Shown here in pieces: positions 9,590 to 19,422 of a DNA stretch of 64,000 bases. A program made the position numbers and the translations under genes. Below the pieces are notes generated by a model. That model did no database searches. It saw only the letters and a program-made list of their open reading frames with translations, and had not been told where the DNA came from. The DNA is taken from assembly GCA_963663385.2 (NCBI GenBank), contig CAXXXD010000004.1, positions 1,056,001 to 1,120,000 on the forward strand, given 5' to 3'. How positions within the stretch are numbered: position 1 is the first letter of the stretch; each line of letters starts with the position of its first letter. Source of the stretch: Oceanispirochaeta sp. (lineage in GTDB: Bacteria; Spirochaetota; Spirochaetia; DSM-2461).

Positions 9590-10648
9590 ATGGAGAAAAG
9601 TTTCTTCTTCCTGTTCCTGATGCTGATCCCTCTTACCCTGTTCGGCCAGACGAATGACAGTGATTCGGATATGCTGGAACGGCAGTACCATGTGGATACC
9701 ATGAAGAACAGAGCCCTTGAGGCTATGAGCCGGGGAGACTTTGAAGAGGCTTTGACTATTCTGGATACGGCTATTGCCCTTTCTCCCAAGGATCCGCTGC
9801 TTCGGGATCTGAAAGCTTCCATTCTGGAGCTGGAAATAATTACAGCCGGTTCGCCGGAACTGACAGGAGGGGAGACCCGGAAACCGGAGTTTTACGATCC
9901 GGAATCCATTGCCGGGAATGAAGGGGATGATTCGTCCGTTGTCGTTCCGGATTTTGAGGAGGAACTGATTGCCGGGAGACACTTCAGCGATCCTGTGCAG
10001 TTCCGGGAAGCCTTCTCTTCAACTCTGGCTTTACACCTGGGAGAGTCCAGGCCGGTTTATCTGGAAAACGACGGGTTCTATCAGCATGACGAAGTAGAGG
10101 AGCTGAGTACAAACTACGGGGTCTTTGGAGATTTTCAGTATTTTTTTAAAGGTATAGACCGGGCGCTGGGAGTCAATCTGAGGTATTATGGGAACCTCCT
10201 GAATCCTGAAGAGGGAAATATTCTGGTTCATCAAATGGATCTGGGTATTGTTTTAAGGGGATTCTTTCTGGAGAGCCCCGAAGCAAGATCTACTGTGGGG
10301 TTTCGTTTCGGAGCCAGTCTGCTCTATCTGAATGATTATGAACGATCCCGGTTTAAACCGGCTCTGGCTAATGCGCTGGGGTTTGGAGTTTACTATAACG
10401 ATGCGGTTTTACGGCTTCTGTTTCGGAAAAGGCCTTTCTTTCAGAGAATTGTATTTGATCTGGGAGTGGATTACTACTATCTGACTCAATCCGAAGACAG
10501 CTATATGATCCGCTATAACGGAGCCCTCACTTTTCAGGTAACTCCGGAATTCCGGGTGGGGCCGTTCATCCGTTCCTTTAATACGGCTCAGGATATTCAG
10601 ATCCTCAGCTCCTGGAGCACGGGGATGCTCCTGAACTACTCGCTGTAG
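9590..10648 (+). CDS. Exported TPR-containing probable outer-membrane protein
   Basis: Signal peptide, one TPR-like repeat, beta-strand-rich C-terminal half. Confidence 0.6.
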   Translation: MEKSFFFLFLMLIPLTLFGQTNDSDSDMLERQYHVDTMKNRALEAMSRGDFEEALTILDTAIALSPKDPLLRDLKASILELEIITAGSPELTGGETRKPEFYDPESIAGNEGDDSSVVVPDFEEELIAGRHFSDPVQFREAFSSTLALHLGESRPVYLENDGFYQHDEVEELSTNYGVFGDFQYFFKGIDRALGVNLRYYGNLLNPEEGNILVHQMDLGIVLRGFFLESPEARSTVGFRFGASLLYLNDYERSRFKPALANALGFGVYYNDAVLRLLFRKRPFFQRIVFDLGVDYYYLTQSEDSYMIRYNGALTFQVTPEFRVGPFIRSFNTAQDIQILSSWSTGMLLNYSL

Positions 10649-10673
10649 GATACAGGATTGCACTCAAGGGATG

Positions 10674-12233
10674 TCACACAGGCAGATCCTGCAATATATC
10701 AAGAAATACCTTGATCCGCCCCGGTTGGGCCCAGTTACAGGTACCCTGCATCTTATGGCTTTTGAGGATAGAGCCGATTACCGGTTTTTTGAGTTGTTTC
10801 AGAACTCTCAGGGCTTCTTCCTTTTCCCTGAAAGGACAGTAGGCCTGAAGGGATTGATTGGGAACCCAGGGTTTCCCGTTATTTTCAGAGAAGAGTATGG
10901 GAGTAAACTCATTTTTGCCGTAGGACTCCCAGACTACCTTCCAGGGAAAAAATGTATAGGGACCCACACCAAGCAGGCTCCAGTAGTATCCCCTTCTTAT
11001 CTGGCTCCTGAGCATAACCCCTTTCCGGCTCTCAAGAGAATCTTTATGTCTGTTAAGGTAATCCAGGGCACCCGGGTAGCTTTCCAGTTCCTTTTCTGTC
11101 AGAACTTTTCCGTTCTGTTTATAGGGCAGGAAGATATATTTATCCGCCTTCTGATTCCCCCTGAACTGTTTGGCCGTTATAAGCGGGAAAATCAGATCCT
11201 CCGGAAGAAGGGCTCTCTCATTTTTATTGGCCACTTCGCACAAACCTTTTGAAACCGGTTTGCAGCTTTCAAAAATAAAGAGAGAATTCCTGCCTCCCGT
11301 ATTGATGCCCTGACGGGGAAGGGAGTCCTGCCCGATGGGGATGCGGGGGATTTCCGGGGGAGTGGACTCAGCGGGGTTGTGAATCATATAGGCGCTTCCC
11401 CCTTCCCGGACAGGTGCTGCCAGATGTTCCTCCCACTCTCTCTTGTCAGTCATTATGTGATAGGGAAGAGCCTCTCTCATCTTCCGGTCACGCTGCATAT
11501 AAATCAGACCGCACCTTGTGGTTACACCGGGAAAGATTTCATTGCTGCCGTAATCCCATACCTCATTGATGGAGAAGGATGTCCCAGGCAGTTTACCCCG
11601 GCGGAAGGTGTTGTGGGCGCCTTCATTCAGGATAAGGGACAGGGGGCTGAAGAAGAAGGCGCTGCCCCGGGAATTCAGGTTGCTCTCCAGTGTTTTCATA
11701 ATAATAAGGGCCGCTATATCTATACGGGAATTCCCTAACAGGAGGTCTCCTGCCGATGCGGCCAGACCGAATCTGAGAAAACAGGGCTTTACAGTTTCTT
11801 TCTCCCCGGAAGGCAGGTCCGTATAGTTTACCCACGGAGGGTTCCCGAACAGGATATCTGCCCGGAAGTTACTCTTTTCCGACAAAATATCACCGGTTTG
11901 TATGGGATTGCTTTTGAAATCTATCCCGTAGGTGCTGTGGATCCGGTGGATGAAGTTCCGGGAGAACTCCTCCTCTCTCTCGATTCCCTTCAGTCTCTTC
12001 AGCATCTGACCGGTAAGGGGGATCCCGTCCTCCCGGCTGACTCTTATCAGCGATTCAAGCAGAGATCCCTTGCCTGCGGTGGGATCCAGGATGCTTGCTC
12101 CTTCAGCCCATTTATGGTGGAGGTCGTATTGCCGGACCATAAAATCCGCCTGGATATCCGGTGTGAAAAATGCGCCGATGGATTTTCTTCTCTCTCTGCT
12201 GAGAGCCTGTTCCTCTCCGGATATATCAGCCAT
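10674..12233 (-). CDS. N6-adenine DNA methyltransferase (gamma class, TaqI/Eco57I-like)
   Basis: GAFFTP, motif I ILDPTAGKG preceding motif IV GNPPW, C-terminal TRD-like region (QGINTG, KVVW). Confidence 0.8.
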   Translation of the reverse strand: MADISGEEQALSRERRKSIGAFFTPDIQADFMVRQYDLHHKWAEGASILDPTAGKGSLLESLIRVSREDGIPLTGQMLKRLKGIEREEEFSRNFIHRIHSTYGIDFKSNPIQTGDILSEKSNFRADILFGNPPWVNYTDLPSGEKETVKPCFLRFGLAASAGDLLLGNSRIDIAALIIMKTLESNLNSRGSAFFFSPLSLILNEGAHNTFRRGKLPGTSFSINEVWDYGSNEIFPGVTTRCGLIYMQRDRKMREALPYHIMTDKREWEEHLAAPVREGGSAYMIHNPAESTPPEIPRIPIGQDSLPRQGINTGGRNSLFIFESCKPVSKGLCEVANKNERALLPEDLIFPLITAKQFRGNQKADKYIFLPYKQNGKVLTEKELESYPGALDYLNRHKDSLESRKGVMLRSQIRRGYYWSLLGVGPYTFFPWKVVWESYGKNEFTPILFSENNGKPWVPNQSLQAYCPFREKEEALRVLKQLKKPVIGSILKSHKMQGTCNWAQPGRIKVFLDILQDLPV

Positions 12234-13452
12234 GGTTATCCAGGACCTGCCCGCTGCTTAAACCCTGCAGCGCCTCATCAAGGGCATCATCCAGAAGTTT
12301 GAATAACCTGTCCTCTCCCTGCAGCAGGGGATACTCTTTTTTTGTCAGGCTGCCGTATGCCAGCAGGCGCAGTACTTCCGTAAGGGGCTGTTTGTCCGGA
12401 GGTGTGGCAGGAACGTAGGCATCCTGTCTGGCACCCAGACGCACCCTGTGGATGAGCCTGGCATCAAGAAAAGGATCCAGCAGGAGCTCCACCTCCATCT
12501 CCGGGAGATTGAGATGCATGGAAAGTTCATGCAGCTGAGGAGGATCGTTCCTTTTTAAAAAGCGCTCCGAAATAGTCGAATAAAGGCGGAGGCTGTCTCT
12601 TATCCGTCCCCCCGGAAACTTCTCAGCGGTATCACGGAAGTAGCAGAATTCCCTGTGCTGATGGACATAGGTTATCTCTACCGCAAGCAGAATCGTAATC
12701 CATACCACATAGATCCATATCAGGATAAGGGGAACAAGGAAAAGGGAGCCGTATATGACAGATATCCTGACAGACTGATTCACCCAGGCGGAAAACAGCC
12801 TTTTGGCAATTTCCCAGAGAACGCTGCCGCTTGCCGCTCCGATCAGGGCGCTGGTAAAACGGATTTTCCCGGAAGGCATCAGGGTTATCAAAAGGAGAAG
12901 GGTGAGAAATATGAAAAGGAAAGAAGACACTTGCCTCATGAGATTCGTGCTGATCTGGCCGTTCCCGTAGGTTTCAAGCAGGGAATTAAACAGATTCCCT
13001 GAAAAAGTGATACTGGCGCCTATAAACAGACCGGCAAATACCAATACGGCCGTATAGGTGGTGAAACGGAGAATCAATGTCCGTTCCGTCCGCATCCTGA
13101 ATACCGTACTGAGGTGTATTTCAATATTGTTTAAAAGCATTACTATGGTAATGACAAAGATCAGAATCCCCATTGTTCCAAAGCGGCTGCTGTTTTCGGC
13201 AAAGTCGCTGAGGGCGGAGAGTATTGTTTCCTGACTTGTGGGCAGAAGTGTTTCCGCCAGAAACGTCTGGACCGTTTCACTCCGGATCAGGCTCCCTCCG
13301 AAACCGAGAAGAACTGTGAAAAGGGGGACGATGGCCAGGAGTGTGGTATAGGCCAGTCCCGCCGCCCTTTGAGGGCACCGGTTGGATAAAAACTCCTTTA
13401 CAACTTCTTCCAGAAAAGTATAGAGAGATTTCATATATGTGAGGGTTTTCAT
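12226..13452 (-). CDS. YihY/virulence factor BrkB family membrane protein with C-terminal extension
   Basis: AAGLAYTTLLAIVP, six TM segments, IYGS...PLILIWIY. Confidence 0.85.
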   Translation of the reverse strand: MKTLTYMKSLYTFLEEVVKEFLSNRCPQRAAGLAYTTLLAIVPLFTVLLGFGGSLIRSETVQTFLAETLLPTSQETILSALSDFAENSSRFGTMGILIFVITIVMLLNNIEIHLSTVFRMRTERTLILRFTTYTAVLVFAGLFIGASITFSGNLFNSLLETYGNGQISTNLMRQVSSFLFIFLTLLLLITLMPSGKIRFTSALIGAASGSVLWEIAKRLFSAWVNQSVRISVIYGSLFLVPLILIWIYVVWITILLAVEITYVHQHREFCYFRDTAEKFPGGRIRDSLRLYSTISERFLKRNDPPQLHELSMHLNLPEMEVELLLDPFLDARLIHRVRLGARQDAYVPATPPDKQPLTEVLRLLAYGSLTKKEYPLLQGEDRLFKLLDDALDEALQGLSSGQVLDNHG

Positions 13453-13928
13453 TCAACAGGGCTCCTGTTCGTCCTCTTTTCCATAAATACAAGAATCTGT
13501 TTTGGAGTCAGGGGTTTTTTCATCAGCTCAATATACCCGTGTTTTTTATAAAAATAAAGGTTCCTGCTGCTTTTATGTCCCGTGAACAGCTCATAGCGCT
13601 GCAGATGAAAAAAGCGGTTCTCTATTTCCTTCAGGAGGAGAGAACCGATACCCATGTTCTGGTATTCCGGATGGACGATCAATTTGGCGATATAGCAGGT
13701 TTCACCGTCTTCTTCCGCTCTGACTGATCCGATGATTCTGTCGTCTGAAATGGCTTTAAGAAAAATCCCCGCGCCGTACTCATGTATGATTTGATCCATA
13801 GTCTGCTGAAGAGGCGCTATTGTAAAGTCCTGACACAATTCCGCTTCGCTCAAGTAAGCTGTCTTCTGAAGAGCCAGGATATCAGGCAGATCTTCTATAC
13901 CTGCGTCACTGATCGTTACTTCCGGCAT
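13449..13928 (-). CDS. GNAT family N-acetyltransferase
   Basis: LIVHPEYQNMGIG acetyl-CoA motif and NLYFYKKHGY; start set to MPEV. Confidence 0.85.
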   Translation of the reverse strand: MPEVTISDAGIEDLPDILALQKTAYLSEAELCQDFTIAPLQQTMDQIIHEYGAGIFLKAISDDRIIGSVRAEEDGETCYIAKLIVHPEYQNMGIGSLLLKEIENRFFHLQRYELFTGHKSSRNLYFYKKHGYIELMKKPLTPKQILVFMEKRTNRSPVE

Positions 13929-13992
13929 AAATTCCCATCCTTGCTTTTGAAGATTATAGGTCAGGTTATCCGGGAGCACAAGGTGCCATTTC

Positions 13993-14033
13993 AAAAAAGG
14001 AGGGGCCGCCCTGTTAACAACAGGTCGGCCCCT
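13993..14033 (-). terminator. Intrinsic terminator after the aldo-keto reductase
   Basis: Minus strand AGGGGCCGACCTGTT-GTT-AACAGGGCGGCCCCT, then CC and T6. Confidence 0.75.
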
Positions 14034-14063
14034 GAAAGGAGAAAATTGAAAGAAAATCGATAA

Positions 14064-15104
14064 TTATGGAGGGGTTATCTCTCCATCCAGATCCCAGAGA
14101 TCTTCCCAGGTCTGTCCGTCTTTCCACAGGAATACCTGTCCTTTGATCAGACGGCAGTTCCTGTCGATTTTTGAGAGTTCTTCCATCTCTTCATCGGTCA
14201 GGGGATTTTCTACAGTCAGCTTGATATTGCTGAGGTATTCGTTCCGGTGAATGGAAAAGGGAATGGGAATCTGTCCCCTCTGTACAGCCCATTTAAGGCA
14301 GACCACAGCCGGGTGTGCACCCAGTCTGGCTGCAATTTTCTTAACAACGGGATCTTCGATATCAACCGTATCGGTCGAGGTTTTATCCCGATCAGGCCGT
14401 GTGGGAGAACCGATGGGGCAGAATCCTATGGGCTGAATATTGTTTTCCACAACAAAATCATACAGTTCAGGCTGCTGAAAATGGGGGTGGAGTTCCATCT
14501 CGTTACAGGCCGGCTGAATTCTGGCATCCCGCAGAATCAGTTTCAGTTTGGGAATGGAAACATTACAGGTCCCGATGTTTTTTACCAGTCCCATTTCGAC
14601 GAGCTGTTCCATCTGCCGCCATGTTTTCATAAAGTTTTCATGAATATAGGGTTTGGCATCGGGGCTTCTGGAATCAACATCACACCCGGGGGCATGGTAG
14701 TTGGGGAAGGGCCAGTGTACAAGAAACAGATCCAGGTAATCCAGCTGAAGGTCTTTCAGGGACTGTTTACAGGATTTGATAACGTCATCGTGCATGTCAT
14801 TCCATACTTTGGATGTAATCCAAAGTTCTTCCCGGGGGATGCCGCCTTTTATAATCGTCTGCAGAGCCTGTCCGATAAGAGCTTCGTTACCGTAAACCGA
14901 GGCACAGTCGAAGTGACGGAATCCGACTTCCGCGGCTCCAACAACAGCGTTGGCAATGTCTTCCGGGGCAAAACGGTCGGAACCGAATGTTCCCATACCT
15001 ATACCGGGCATTTCCGCTCCGTTGAATAATTTCCTTTTAGGTACAGCTTTGGGGTCTACTCCGTCAGCCGCTATGGAAAAGTCAGTTCTTATTTCAGCTG
15101 CCAT
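14064..15104 (-). CDS. Aldo/keto reductase
   Basis: GMGTF, FDCASVYGNE, ITSKVW, LDYLDLFLVHWP. Confidence 0.9.
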   Translation of the reverse strand: MAAEIRTDFSIAADGVDPKAVPKRKLFNGAEMPGIGMGTFGSDRFAPEDIANAVVGAAEVGFRHFDCASVYGNEALIGQALQTIIKGGIPREELWITSKVWNDMHDDVIKSCKQSLKDLQLDYLDLFLVHWPFPNYHAPGCDVDSRSPDAKPYIHENFMKTWRQMEQLVEMGLVKNIGTCNVSIPKLKLILRDARIQPACNEMELHPHFQQPELYDFVVENNIQPIGFCPIGSPTRPDRDKTSTDTVDIEDPVVKKIAARLGAHPAVVCLKWAVQRGQIPIPFSIHRNEYLSNIKLTVENPLTDEEMEELSKIDRNCRLIKGQVFLWKDGQTWEDLWDLDGEITPP

Positions 15105-15354
15105 AAAATACTCCTTAACAGTTTTAGTGTGTTAGAACACTTAATATGTATGATCATGTTATACTACGGTTTTGCAGGTTTGGCAAATGTTTTTGTAGGG
15201 AATTCGGTTATTTTTATTTAAAGAATGTGGATTTCTATATATAAATGAACCTTTGAATATTGTATGAAAATAATATATTGTAATAATTATTGGACGATGT
15301 ATATTTAATACCAGCTGGTAATATTTAATAAAAAACCTGTTTGAAGAGGGCTCT

Positions 15355-17070
15355 ATGAATTGGGATTTTTCAATTTTCGATGCGGTACAGCTGATGATTC
15401 CGGCGGCTTGTTCCCTGATGCTTATATGTATTATTGTGGCATACATTTTTCTGTACTCCCGTTTCAGGGAAACCCTTTATCTGGCCGGTCTGATAATAAG
15501 CGTCTGTGCTGCCGCCTACGTTTTGTTTGAATTTCTGGTAATTGTCTGCGGCTGGACAGACAGGATTGAGCTGGGACGTCTCTTTCATAGACTGGGGCAG
15601 CTGGCAGGTGCCTACTTCCTTTATGCGGTAATGAATTTTGCCTCTGCAATTATGTCAGAGGGGAGTGTGCTGAAAAAAATAACGACCTATATGTCCATGG
15701 GAGGGCTTGGTTTTGCCGTTTTTCTCACATTCGCCGCCTTTATCTTTCCCGAGTCCTTTATCTCTATAGCAAACGGGATTACAAGAGAGCTCCTTTCGCC
15801 GGGCGATTTCAGCCGCGGCCGGGTAGGCCCGCTCTACTCGGTAAGGGATGTGCTTCTTGGAATCTACCTCTCTTCCATGATTATCCTTTCTCTGGTTTCA
15901 CTTTTTCTGCATCACAGGGACCCGAAGACACTGATTATTATTCTCGGAACGGTTATTGCGGCGGTATCCGCCATTGATGATATCATGTTCTATCAGTTCG
16001 GCCGTAATTTCATACTTAATGCCTTCCGCTATTCCCGCATGTCCGTGGGGATCTCCTTTATGATTCTGTTTATTCTGACTGCCATTATTAACGAGTTTTT
16101 CAGAACCCAGCAGGAACTGAATGAAACCCATCGAAAATTGAAAGAGACCCATGATGAGCTGAAACTTACCCATAAAAAACTGAAAGTCTCGGAGCGCAAG
16201 TACAGGCATCTGTCGGAAGGAGCCGATCAGGCCATCTTCTCTCTCTCTCCGGATATGAAGTTCATGTCCATGAATCAGAAAGCCCGTTCCTATTTTGCTC
16301 TTCCCCGGGAATCAGAGGAGAAGCACTTTCTGGAGGTTATAAACCATAGCCACGGGGGGGATTCCAGGGTATCCAGGCAGATTATGAATGAAAACCTCAG
16401 GCAGCTCAGCTCCGACAAAGAATCGGTTACTTTTCATACCATTGTGGATGACCCCCGGACAGGAGAACCCGAAGAGTATGAGTTCCACTTTGATTACCTG
16501 GAAACGGATGAAAAAGAAGTTGAGTTCATCGGAAGGGCTTCCAAAATGAAAACTTCCAGACTGATGCGGAGCATTGAGTATGAAAAACTGAAACTGACTA
16601 TCGAAAACTATATCATTGCCATTGATGATGTAGCCACCAGGCTTACCCAGACCCTGAATAAATATATCGATCAGGGAACGGTCCTTTTGATCAAGATGGG
16701 GCTGCAGGAGATTATTATAAATGCCATAGAACACGGAAACCTGAATATATCCTTTGATGAGAAAACCCATGCCATGTCCGAAGGACGCTATCTGGATTTT
16801 ATCAGGGAAAGGCAGCAGGATCCCCGTTACAGGGACAGGCGGGTAACGATTGATTATATACTTACTTCCGACAGTGTTCAGTATAAGGTGACAGATCAGG
16901 GCGCAGGATTTGATTTTCATTCCACCATGAAGAAGGTTGAGACAAGCGTTGAAAAGGAGATGCTGACCCACGGCCGGGGCATAAATATGACCAGAGTGCT
17001 TTTTGACGAGGTCAAATACAATAAAAAGGGCAACCAGGTTCTTTTGATAAAGAATCTACAAACAGCGTAA
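15355..17070 (+). CDS. Multi-TM sensor with coiled coil, PAS and RsbW-like HATPase domain
   Basis: About 7 TM segments, SERKYRHL-PAS, EIIINAIEHGN (N box), DQGAGF, HGRGI; no HisKA H-box. Confidence 0.75.
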   Translation: MNWDFSIFDAVQLMIPAACSLMLICIIVAYIFLYSRFRETLYLAGLIISVCAAAYVLFEFLVIVCGWTDRIELGRLFHRLGQLAGAYFLYAVMNFASAIMSEGSVLKKITTYMSMGGLGFAVFLTFAAFIFPESFISIANGITRELLSPGDFSRGRVGPLYSVRDVLLGIYLSSMIILSLVSLFLHHRDPKTLIIILGTVIAAVSAIDDIMFYQFGRNFILNAFRYSRMSVGISFMILFILTAIINEFFRTQQELNETHRKLKETHDELKLTHKKLKVSERKYRHLSEGADQAIFSLSPDMKFMSMNQKARSYFALPRESEEKHFLEVINHSHGGDSRVSRQIMNENLRQLSSDKESVTFHTIVDDPRTGEPEEYEFHFDYLETDEKEVEFIGRASKMKTSRLMRSIEYEKLKLTIENYIIAIDDVATRLTQTLNKYIDQGTVLLIKMGLQEIIINAIEHGNLNISFDEKTHAMSEGRYLDFIRERQQDPRYRDRRVTIDYILTSDSVQYKVTDQGAGFDFHSTMKKVETSVEKEMLTHGRGINMTRVLFDEVKYNKKGNQVLLIKNLQTA

Positions 17071-17112
17071 AATTCCATTTTTCTTCGGATACCGTTTTGA
17101 CCGAAATCCCTT

Positions 17113-17307
17113 TCAGGCCAGAAGATCCACGCGGACTCCCATATAGGAGGGCAGTTCGGCCCTCTCTTCATTCCGCTTCTCTTTCTCCAACCGGTTTTTT
17201 TCCTGCTTCTTCAGCTCATTGAACCGGCGAACTTCTTCCATTTCTGTACGATATCTCTCCGCTTCCAGTTCTTCCAGGTGCCTGAACGGTATCGCTACCA
17301 TATCCAT
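17113..17307 (-). CDS. Small hypothetical charged protein
   Basis: 64 aa, GAGG RBS, fills the gap between genes. Confidence 0.5.
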   Translation of the reverse strand: MDMVAIPFRHLEELEAERYRTEMEEVRRFNELKKQEKNRLEKEKRNEERAELPSYMGVRVDLLA

Positions 17308-17384
17308 GACAGACCTCTACTGTATTATTCTATCAGATATCTGTGGTTCTCTTATGAAGATGAGGTTGCATTTTTATGGCCATA

Positions 17385-18554
17385 TCAGAATTTAAAGCCG
17401 AAATTCTCAGGAATAACCCGTCTGCGGAACTCTTCATTGAAGTATCGGTCTGTCATATTGGCAATATAATCCACCGCTATCCGCTCGGGGGCGGTTTTTC
17501 TGCTGTATTCGGGAATCATCTTTCCGGTAACCCAGCGATTGATGTAGGAATCTTCCCGGTCACGGAGTTCCTTCAGGAATGACTGATAGAGGTGGCGGAA
17601 CATCTGTTCTATCTTGCCGTCTTCGGTTTTCTTTTCCGGATTCAGGTAGATATTCTTATAGTTGTAGTTCATCAGTTTTTTCAGGGCCTGAAAGATGTCC
17701 GGGCTGAACCCGAGCCAGGATTTTCCGGCGCTCTGCTCTATCAGATTATAGGACAGGGTTTGGACGATTTTGTCGTTTCGGTCTCCCAGAACGGCGCTGA
17801 TCTCTCCGGGCAGATCCTCCCGTTTCATCATTCCCAGGGTTATGGCATCCTCAATATCCCGGCCGATATAGGCAATGATATCGGATATCCGGACCACGCA
17901 GCCCTCCAGGGTCATGGGCTTTATAGTGCGGGAGAAATTCTCCGTTTGAAAACACTGCTCGTATTCGTGGATAATCTGATCGGCTTTTTTGGATTTATCC
18001 GGGGCGTACTCTTCCTCCAGGAGTTCTCCGTTATGGCAGAGAATCCCGTCCAGTACCTGGATGGTCAGATTCAGTCCCCGGCCGTTATTCTCCAGTTCCA
18101 GGAGGGTTCTGACACTCTGGGCGTTATGGACAAAGAGGCCGCATCCCTGCTCTTTGCATATGCCGTTCAGATAACGTTCTCCGTCATGGCCGTAGGGAAC
18201 GTGCCCCAGATCGTGCCCCAGGGCAATAGCTTCTATCAGATCTTCATTCAGCTGAAGGGCGCGGCCTATCATACGGGCTATTTTGGATACCAGCTGCACA
18301 TGGAGGACCCTGTGGGTAATGTGATCGTTCTGGAACAGGTAGAAAACCTGGGTTTTATCTATATAACGGGTGTAGGCCCGGGAGTGAATAATCCGGTCCG
18401 TATCGCGGGAAAAGGACGACCGGATATCCGGCTGCGTTTGCTTTTCAATCTGAATACGGGTTCCGCGGCTGCTGTAACAGGCTTCAGAAGAGAAGCTTAT
18501 CTCCTCTCTTTTCTTGTTATGGGCCAGTATATCTGATATCAGTTTCGGATTCAT
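17385..18554 (-). CDS. dGTP triphosphohydrolase-like HD-domain protein
   Basis: FSRDTDRIIHS, KTQVF, GHDLGHVPYGHDGE, TLEG, DIIAY..DIED, DYIANMTD. Confidence 0.85.
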   Translation of the reverse strand: MNPKLISDILAHNKKREEISFSSEACYSSRGTRIQIEKQTQPDIRSSFSRDTDRIIHSRAYTRYIDKTQVFYLFQNDHITHRVLHVQLVSKIARMIGRALQLNEDLIEAIALGHDLGHVPYGHDGERYLNGICKEQGCGLFVHNAQSVRTLLELENNGRGLNLTIQVLDGILCHNGELLEEEYAPDKSKKADQIIHEYEQCFQTENFSRTIKPMTLEGCVVRISDIIAYIGRDIEDAITLGMMKREDLPGEISAVLGDRNDKIVQTLSYNLIEQSAGKSWLGFSPDIFQALKKLMNYNYKNIYLNPEKKTEDGKIEQMFRHLYQSFLKELRDREDSYINRWVTGKMIPEYSRKTAPERIAVDYIANMTDRYFNEEFRRRVIPENFGFKF

Positions 18555-19249
18555 GGTGCTTCTCCTGTTTTTTGCAGTTCCTCTCTGTACAGGCTGAGGA
18601 ATTCCTCTTTTCTTTTTAAGCGGTACTGCATAACCCAGCGGGGGTGGGGGAGGGGTTTCACTTCGTCAAAAAAGGCGTGTTCCCTGTTCAGTTCCTTCAG
18701 AATTTTATAGTTTTTTCCCTGTCCCAGGGAGAAGGCCACCCGCCTGTCAGCTCCCAGATCCAGCTGTTCCCGGAAGGTTTTTACAATCCAGGGTTTCAGA
18801 TCAGCCAGAAGAGCCGGCGTATCGTAGTAATTCCTGTTCTTTCCCTGCCAGGTAAACCCCAGGGGAGAAAGGGCCGTCAGAAAGTAGCGGCTGTAGAAGG
18901 CTTCCGCTCCGCCCATAAATTCCACCAGGTCGTAGATAAAACGGGAAGAGAGTTCATGCTTTTTCTGAAATCCGTTTGCAATGCCGCAGTATCTTTCCAG
19001 GTTGATGGGATCCGTAAAGGGGATCCCCGTAATCCCTGCTCCGAAACGGCCGGGATTGATCCCGATCAGAAAAATACGGGCGTTGTTATCAGAATAATAC
19101 CTGCTGTAAAAATCCCGGAGTACGGTCTGAACCTCTCTGTTATCATAGGGATCTATCACATCGGTCTGATCGGGGAGGGGATGATCAAATTTTAAAGAAG
19201 ACAGAAAAGCCAGATACTTTTCTGAAAACATCTCTTTCGGGGACTCCAT
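18551..19249 (-). CDS. Uracil-DNA glycosylase superfamily protein (SMUG2/DUF4918-like)
   Basis: GINPGRFGAGITGIPFTD and LPHPRWVMQY motifs. Confidence 0.8.
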   Translation of the reverse strand: MESPKEMFSEKYLAFLSSLKFDHPLPDQTDVIDPYDNREVQTVLRDFYSRYYSDNNARIFLIGINPGRFGAGITGIPFTDPINLERYCGIANGFQKKHELSSRFIYDLVEFMGGAEAFYSRYFLTALSPLGFTWQGKNRNYYDTPALLADLKPWIVKTFREQLDLGADRRVAFSLGQGKNYKILKELNREHAFFDEVKPLPHPRWVMQYRLKRKEEFLSLYREELQKTGEAP

Positions 19250-19422
19250 ACTCTTTTTTATAGGATTTTTGTCTCCTTGACCAGAGTTCGGTGTTATGTT
19301 TTATAAAGCCGGATATCATGTCGGCCCGGGGAGCTGCCTCTGATGGACGAGGTATACTATAAACCCTGATTATGCTATTTTAATCTGCAGAATATTTTTT
19401 GAATCAGGGAGTCTTTTTCATT

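Noticed and set aside
19290..19375. Possible riboswitch between the UDG-like and PAP2 genes
   Set aside because: Small hairpins are present, but they match no family I can identify by eye.
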